This document shows positions 59,456 through 64,000 of a stretch of DNA of 64,000 nucleotides, one piece after another. Origin of the DNA: an uncultured Chromatiales bacterium. Its GTDB lineage: Bacteria; Bacteroidota; Ignavibacteria; SZUA-365. The first letter of the stretch is position 1, and the number at the start of each line of letters is the position of its first letter. The stretch is from positions 131,089 to 195,088 of the forward strand of contig CAYLZD010000002.1 in the NCBI GenBank assembly GCA_964388275.1, in the 5' to 3' direction. The position numbers were made by a program, and so were the translations under genes. The notes under the pieces are model-generated. The model searched no databases, was not told the origin of the DNA, and saw nothing but the letters and a program-made list of their open reading frames with translations.

Positions 59456-60406
59456 TCAGGGGTGAATGTGCGTCCCGGCCGCTCCGTCCAGCGCGTCGAG
59501 GAGATGTTCGTAGGAGGTGATGATGACCTCCTTTCCGCCTGCGGCCAGGAAGCGCAGGGCTGATTCGACTTTGGGACCCATGCTGCCCGGCGGAAATTGC
59601 CCTTCCTCGTAGTGCCTGCGCATCTCCCCGGCCGGAATCCGGTCCAGTCCTCTCTGCGAGGGTTTCTTGAAGTCGAGATACACTTTGTCCGCGTCGGTGC
59701 TTATCACGAAAAGGTCCACACCCAATTCGAGCGCGAGAAGCGCGGAGGCGCGGTCCTTGTCTATCACCGCCTCGCAGCCGTCCACGCGGTGGTTTTCCCT
59801 CTCGATGACGGGTATGCCGCCTCCGCCCAGGGCGATGACTATCATGCCGAGATCCAGCACGGTCTTTATCACGTCCTTCTCGAAAACGTCCACAGGTTCG
59901 GGCGAGGGCACCACGCGTCTCCAGCCGCGCGCGGAATCTTCCACCACGTCCCAGCCGAGCAGCCGCCTTTTCTCCTCGGCGACGCGCTTTGTGTAGAAGG
60001 GTCCTATTGGCTTGGTGGGATTCCGGAAGGCCGGATCCAGGGGATCTACGCGCACCTGCGTGAGCACGGTCATGACCGGCGTGTTCAGACCGGCGAGGCG
60101 GAGTTCCTCCTCCATTGCGCGTTGCAGCAGATAGCCGATCTCGCTTTGCGTGGTCGCCACACACACGTCGAGCGGATGCGTGTAAACCTCGCCGGCGGCG
60201 CGCTCGGACCGCAGCAGGGCGGCGCCCACCTGGGGTCCGTTGCCGTGCGTGATCACGATGCGCCAGCCGCGCTCCACCATGCGGACGATGCTCCGCGCAG
60301 TGGCATGGGCGTTTGCGAGCTGTTCGCCGATTATGCCGCGTTCGCCCGCGCGTATGAGGGAATTTCCGCCGATGGCGACGAGCGCCGTGCGGATCTGGGG
60401 CGGCAT
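59456..60406 (-). CDS. arcC: Carbamate kinase
   Basis: ALVAIGGNSL...VITHGNGPQVG N-terminal signature and amino-acid-kinase fold, ~315 aa. Confidence 0.85.
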   Translation of the reverse strand: MPPQIRTALVAIGGNSLIRAGERGIIGEQLANAHATARSIVRMVERGWRIVITHGNGPQVGAALLRSERAAGEVYTHPLDVCVATTQSEIGYLLQRAMEEELRLAGLNTPVMTVLTQVRVDPLDPAFRNPTKPIGPFYTKRVAEEKRRLLGWDVVEDSARGWRRVVPSPEPVDVFEKDVIKTVLDLGMIVIALGGGGIPVIERENHRVDGCEAVIDKDRASALLALELGVDLFVISTDADKVYLDFKKPSQRGLDRIPAGEMRRHYEEGQFPPGSMGPKVESALRFLAAGGKEVIITSYEHLLDALDGAAGTHIHP

Positions 60407-60409
60407 GGC

Positions 60410-61327
60410 TTACTTCATCAGTTCGTGCATCACTGCTTTCTGCACGTGCAGGCGGTTCTCGGCTTCCTGGAAAACAACCGAATACGGAGCGTCGATGACC
60501 TCGTCCGTCACTTCATCGCCGCGATGCGCGGGCAGGCAGTGCATGAATACGGCGTCGCTCTTCGCATGCGACATCAGCTCGGCGTTCACCTGGAAGGGAC
60601 GGAACACCGATTTGCGCGCCTCTGTCTCCGTTTCCTGACCCATCGAAGCCCAGACGTCGGTGTAAACGGCGTCGGCGCCCCTGACACCCGCTGCCGGGTC
60701 GTTCACGACTTCAATGACGGCGCCGGTGCTCTTGCCGTCCTCCGCCGCCTGCTCGTAAGCCGAGGCGTTGGGTTCGTAGCCGCTCGGGCACGCGATCGTG
60801 ACGTGCGCGCCCAGCCGCGCGCCGGCGAACATCAGCGAATGCGCCACGTTGTTGCCGTCACCCACGTAGGTCAGCTTGCGACCCTTGAGTTCGCCCTTGA
60901 GTTCGTACAGCGTGAAGAAGTCCGCCAATGCCTGGCAGGGATGCGAATAGTCGGTGAGACCGTTTATGACCGGCACCGAGGCGTGTTTCGCCATGTCGAT
61001 CACGATCTGATGCGCGAAGGTGCGGATCATTATGCCCTGCACCATGCGTTCGAGGTTCTTGGCCACGTCGTAAACCGATTCCCGCTTGCCGAGGCTGATT
61101 TCGGCCGGCGACAGGTAGAGCGAGTAACCGCCGAGCTGCTGTATGCCGATGTCGAAGGTCGTACGCGTGCGCAGCGAGGGTTTTTCGAAGATCATTGCGA
61201 GCGCCTTGCCTTTCAGCGCTTCTGCGTATTTCATGCGGTCGGCTTTCATGCCGGCCGCCAGGCGGAAGAGATCCAGGATTTCCTCGCCTGATACGTCCCT
61301 GATGCTCAGGAAGTCTTGTGCTTTCAT
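60410..61327 (-). CDS. argF: Ornithine carbamoyltransferase
   Basis: SLRTRTTF, HPCQALAD, DVWASMG, HCLPAHRGDEV motifs. Confidence 0.9.
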   Translation of the reverse strand: MKAQDFLSIRDVSGEEILDLFRLAAGMKADRMKYAEALKGKALAMIFEKPSLRTRTTFDIGIQQLGGYSLYLSPAEISLGKRESVYDVAKNLERMVQGIMIRTFAHQIVIDMAKHASVPVINGLTDYSHPCQALADFFTLYELKGELKGRKLTYVGDGNNVAHSLMFAGARLGAHVTIACPSGYEPNASAYEQAAEDGKSTGAVIEVVNDPAAGVRGADAVYTDVWASMGQETETEARKSVFRPFQVNAELMSHAKSDAVFMHCLPAHRGDEVTDEVIDAPYSVVFQEAENRLHVQKAVMHELMK

Positions 61328-61738
61328 ATTGTCGTGCTCCTCTCGGACCAGTTATTACCGGGTAAAAGATGAAAATGTCATTTGATGTCGAAAAGCGGAA
61401 CGAGCGCATCCCGCCGCCGCGGCGCGTAAGGCGCGGACGCGGGCTGCGGGGATCAGTGACGTCAGATGGGAGCGTCGGTGCAGTAGTGCTTGAACTGCAC
61501 GATCTTGCGCGAGCGCGTGGCGCCCCGTCGCAGCGGCGTGCGGACGGCCGCCGGCGGCGGGCTTACTTGCTCCTGTATTTTCGTCCTTATGCTCGTCATT
61601 GTGCGTTGTGCCTGGCGTTCAAACCGCCCCATTATTACAAAGATCGGCAAAGCGGAAGCGAGAGGCAAACTTCACGGCACGTTTGAACCGCCATGACACC
61701 AGAGCAATATTTTGCGCTCCGCGCAACCACGACACGTT

Positions 61739-61783
61739 GGTGAATATGGTGAATTCGGTGAATACGGTGAATGGGGTGATTTC
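61739..61783. repeat. 9-bp tandem repeat GGTGAATNN x5
   Basis: ggtgaatat ggtgaattc ggtgaatac ggtgaatgg ggtgatttc, read directly from the sequence. Confidence 0.9.
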
Positions 61784-61899
61784 GGACATACACCCCCTTT
61801 CCACTTCCCCTTTCCCCGTTTTCAACCGCCATAACGCTACTTCCAACGGTCTTGATTTTTCCTGGTGTTTCCTTTTCATCAAGGAAATGAAAGTACAAA

Positions 61900-62400
61900 T
61901 GCAAATTTGCAGGCGTCCTCGTGTCGACTTGCATTAGTCCTTTTGCCGGCTTGCACTGTTTTTCCACCAACTCAAGCGTCCTTCGCGACGACCTGCACAG
62001 CCACTCGTGACGACTTGCCGGAGTCCTCGCGGCAACCTGCACAGCCACTCGCGCGAACCTCCCTGCACTTAACGCGCGCGGAAGAACACTGGAAGCAGAC
62101 TTGCCCGCACTTTTACATGCCCGCACGGCATTTGATGTATACTTACAAGCAGCTTTTACTCACTCGCAGACGTCCTCGCGGCAACTTCCTCCGGCACTCG
62201 TGACAATTTGCAGGCGTCCTCGTGAAGATCTGCTCAGGCACTCGAGCAATCTTTCCGGCACTTGGCGCCCGCTGACGAACACTCGAAGCACGCTCGCACA
62301 GGCGCTTATGAGGATTTGCAGGCGTCCTCGCGGTGACTTGCTCCGGTACTCGTCACAACTTTGCGGCGCCGGATACATGCCGGCTAGCGCATTGGAAGCA
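61900..62400. repeat. Degenerate tandem repeat array, unit ~35-45 bp (core CACTCG(T)GACAA(T)TTGCAGGCGTCCTCGCGG(C/T)(A/G)ACTTGCTCCGG)
   Basis: TTGCAGGCGTCCTCG occurs three times (about 61907, 62207, 62316). CACTCG recurs about every 44 bp. CCTCGCGGCAAC occurs twice. No intact ORF with protein-like composition. Confidence 0.7.
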
Positions 62401-62705
62401 TACTTGCACTATACGCTCTGGAGCACGGTGCGCAATCGCAACCGACGACCGCGCCTCCCCGGTGTCTTTCCGCTTTCAAGCATACTCATGCCAACCAGTT
62501 GCAGCAGATTGAAAGCGATCATTCCGCACAAGAGAAAGACGGTTTTAGGCAAGCGGGATTAGGACTCTACTATGTTATTTCATTATAACCCGGCTCAGGT
62601 AAAAGCATCGCACTCGCGGCACGTAAACTGTACCTAAGATGGATTGCCTCAGGAAGCACAAAAAACACAAATATTTTGTGATCTTTTTGCCATTTGTGGC
62701 AGATA

Positions 62706-62951
62706 CTACCGTCTATTAATCCTGTCGGATAAATAGGCGCGCGCGAAAAGACGGAGCGACGGATCTTGCTTCCAGACGAAATGATCCCCGCGTTTTTCCA
62801 CCTCGCTCTCGTCGATCTTCTCGAAACGATGCTTTGCCCCGTTGCGGAGGTCTACGCTTTCTTCGTCCAGATATTTATAAGAGACCGGTTCATTTTTTTC
62901 TTTGCGAAGGATGCGGTACTCGATTGGTCCGAGTATCATGCCCTGATTCAC
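62706..62951 (-). CDS. Hypothetical small protein (low-GC ORF)
   Basis: 81-aa ORF with GC content and codon usage unlike the rest of the window. No recognised domain. Confidence 0.3.
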   Translation of the reverse strand: MNQGMILGPIEYRILRKEKNEPVSYKYLDEESVDLRNGAKHRFEKIDESEVEKRGDHFVWKQDPSLRLFARAYLSDRINRR

Positions 62952-63125
62952 AAACCGCTGGAACGATTCGAGTTGAAGATTTATACCCGGGATTGTAAAG
63001 GACCATGTTCCGGAAGCGGATGAAAGGAAGATGCCTTCCCTTCAAAAAGGTCATAAATCCGGTACCTCTTGACTTTCTCCTGGGGGGGGGTAAGTTTGCC
63101 CAAAATTACTTTCCTTGAGGTTGTC

Positions 63126-63620
63126 ATGAACGGAAATCTCTTACCCGGTGCAGACTGCAGAGTCGATTCCGCGCTCAGTTATTACGATTTGAAGAATATC
63201 TGCCCGAAGTCGCCCCTCGAACTCATCTACCACGCATGCATAGGAGAAGTGACAGGCGAACTTGCCTTCAGTACAAGCTGGTATCAGCCGGGCGTGGCTT
63301 GGGGCGAGGCATATCCGCTTGTTCATGTGGTCATTTCGCCGGTAGTCGAAGCTCTTGGTACGGACGAAAAGCAGAAGGTTGCTGAAGCATCTCAGTGGAA
63401 TTTTACACATCTCACCTGGGTTGGCGAGGTCGGAGTACCCTGGCCTATTCAGCGCATGATGTTTCTTCGTGCAGGCAGGGAATGGCGTAACAGGATCACA
63501 TTCGAAGTGGTCGGCGATTCGCTTGAGAACCTGGAGCTGGGTTTCCTGTACAACGCAGCCACCCGTGGCGACAGCCAGGGAACGATTCCCGTGATCGCAT
63601 TCCCGAACTACACGGCCTAG
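63126..63620 (+). CDS. Hypothetical protein
   Basis: 164 aa from ATG 63126 (GAGG 7 nt upstream). No recognised domain. Lower GC than core genes. Confidence 0.4.
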   Translation: MNGNLLPGADCRVDSALSYYDLKNICPKSPLELIYHACIGEVTGELAFSTSWYQPGVAWGEAYPLVHVVISPVVEALGTDEKQKVAEASQWNFTHLTWVGEVGVPWPIQRMMFLRAGREWRNRITFEVVGDSLENLELGFLYNAATRGDSQGTIPVIAFPNYTA

Positions 63621-64000
63621 ACAGGCACTTTTACATTGTATGTTGTTCTTGACAGGCCGGGGCTGTTCAGGATGGGACTATTCGTTTCCAGTATCGGAAC
63701 AAAGTATATGTACGACATGGAGTGGATTGTTGTATCGTGATTTACAATCCTTTGATTTCTCTACAATACTTCCATAACTATGATCATTTATTGTGTTTCT
63801 TTTTATGCATATAATGCTTTGAGGTAAATTCATGAAATATTCAGGCATGCCATGGGATTCTAATGTTCCCAGAAATTGCTACAGACGAATAATTTCATCC
63901 TATAAATACTATCCCGGCGATGGTGTGCTTTCTCTCAGCATTCCATCGGCCTGCCTGCAAACAAATCGAATATCCAAGATGATATATAGATGCGATGGGA

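Noticed and set aside
61900-62400. Possible CRISPR array
   Set aside because: The repeats are degenerate, differ in length, and are separated by unequal, partly repeat-derived spacers. No cas genes are in the window. This is inconsistent with CRISPR.
61619-62562. ORFs of 87-163 aa inside the repeat region (61619-61882, 61635-62126, 61865-62203, 62101-62562)
   Set aside because: They are generated by the repetitive GC-rich sequence. The translations are repetitive and Arg/Pro/Ser-rich, and they mutually overlap on both strands.
1-64000. tRNA/rRNA genes
   Set aside because: A scan for tRNA-like T-arm or acceptor signatures and for rRNA-like conserved stretches found nothing convincing. The only GGTTCGAA match (47227) lacks the surrounding tRNA structure.

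Overview
This is a 64-kb chromosomal segment from a high-GC bacterium (about 65% GC). From about 62,560 to the end, GC drops sharply. Coding density is high and many gene junctions overlap by 4 bp (ATGA or GTGA). Two markers point to the FCB superphylum (Bacteroidota/Gemmatimonadota-like candidate lineage): T9SS C-terminal sorting domains of both type A and type B, and a short 287-aa primary sigma-70. I recognised, in order: a partial 5' ORF, spmA/spmB-like membrane proteins, a STAS protein, a DUF1232 protein, recQ (long C-terminal extension), yraN, a BNR/Asp-box propeller with a T9SS tail, a PDZ-only periplasmic protein divergent from an ECF sigma/anti-sigma/DUF4097 operon, a tandem YHS-domain protein, DAHP synthase, ubiE/menG, a near-complete menaquinone operon on the minus strand (lipoprotein-menF-menD::menH fusion-menB-menA-menC-menE), a CDF transporter, uvrA, a propeller-type sensor kinase, two orphan secreted proteins, a GAF/degenerate-GGDEF protein, rpoD, a SpoIID/LytB protein, a triple lamin-tail-domain T9SS protein, a hybrid histidine kinase preceded by an overlapping 7TM gene, two tandemly duplicated unknown small proteins, an ABC-transporter-dependent glycan cluster (wzm, wzt with a C-terminal extension, GT2, GT4, methyltransferase, GT4) convergent with a large TPR membrane protein, and an argF-arcC-pyrB-like-argD-DUF1611 operon. 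The window ends with 1.3 kb of non-coding DNA carrying a 9-bp tandem repeat and a degenerate ~44-bp repeat array, then an AT-rich stretch with two orphan ORFs. I found no rRNA, tRNA or CRISPR array. The most unusual loci are the tandem paralog pair next to the 7TM/hybrid-kinase module, the carbamate kinase/dual transcarbamylase/DUF1611 operon, and the repeat-laden non-coding region followed by the compositional shift.
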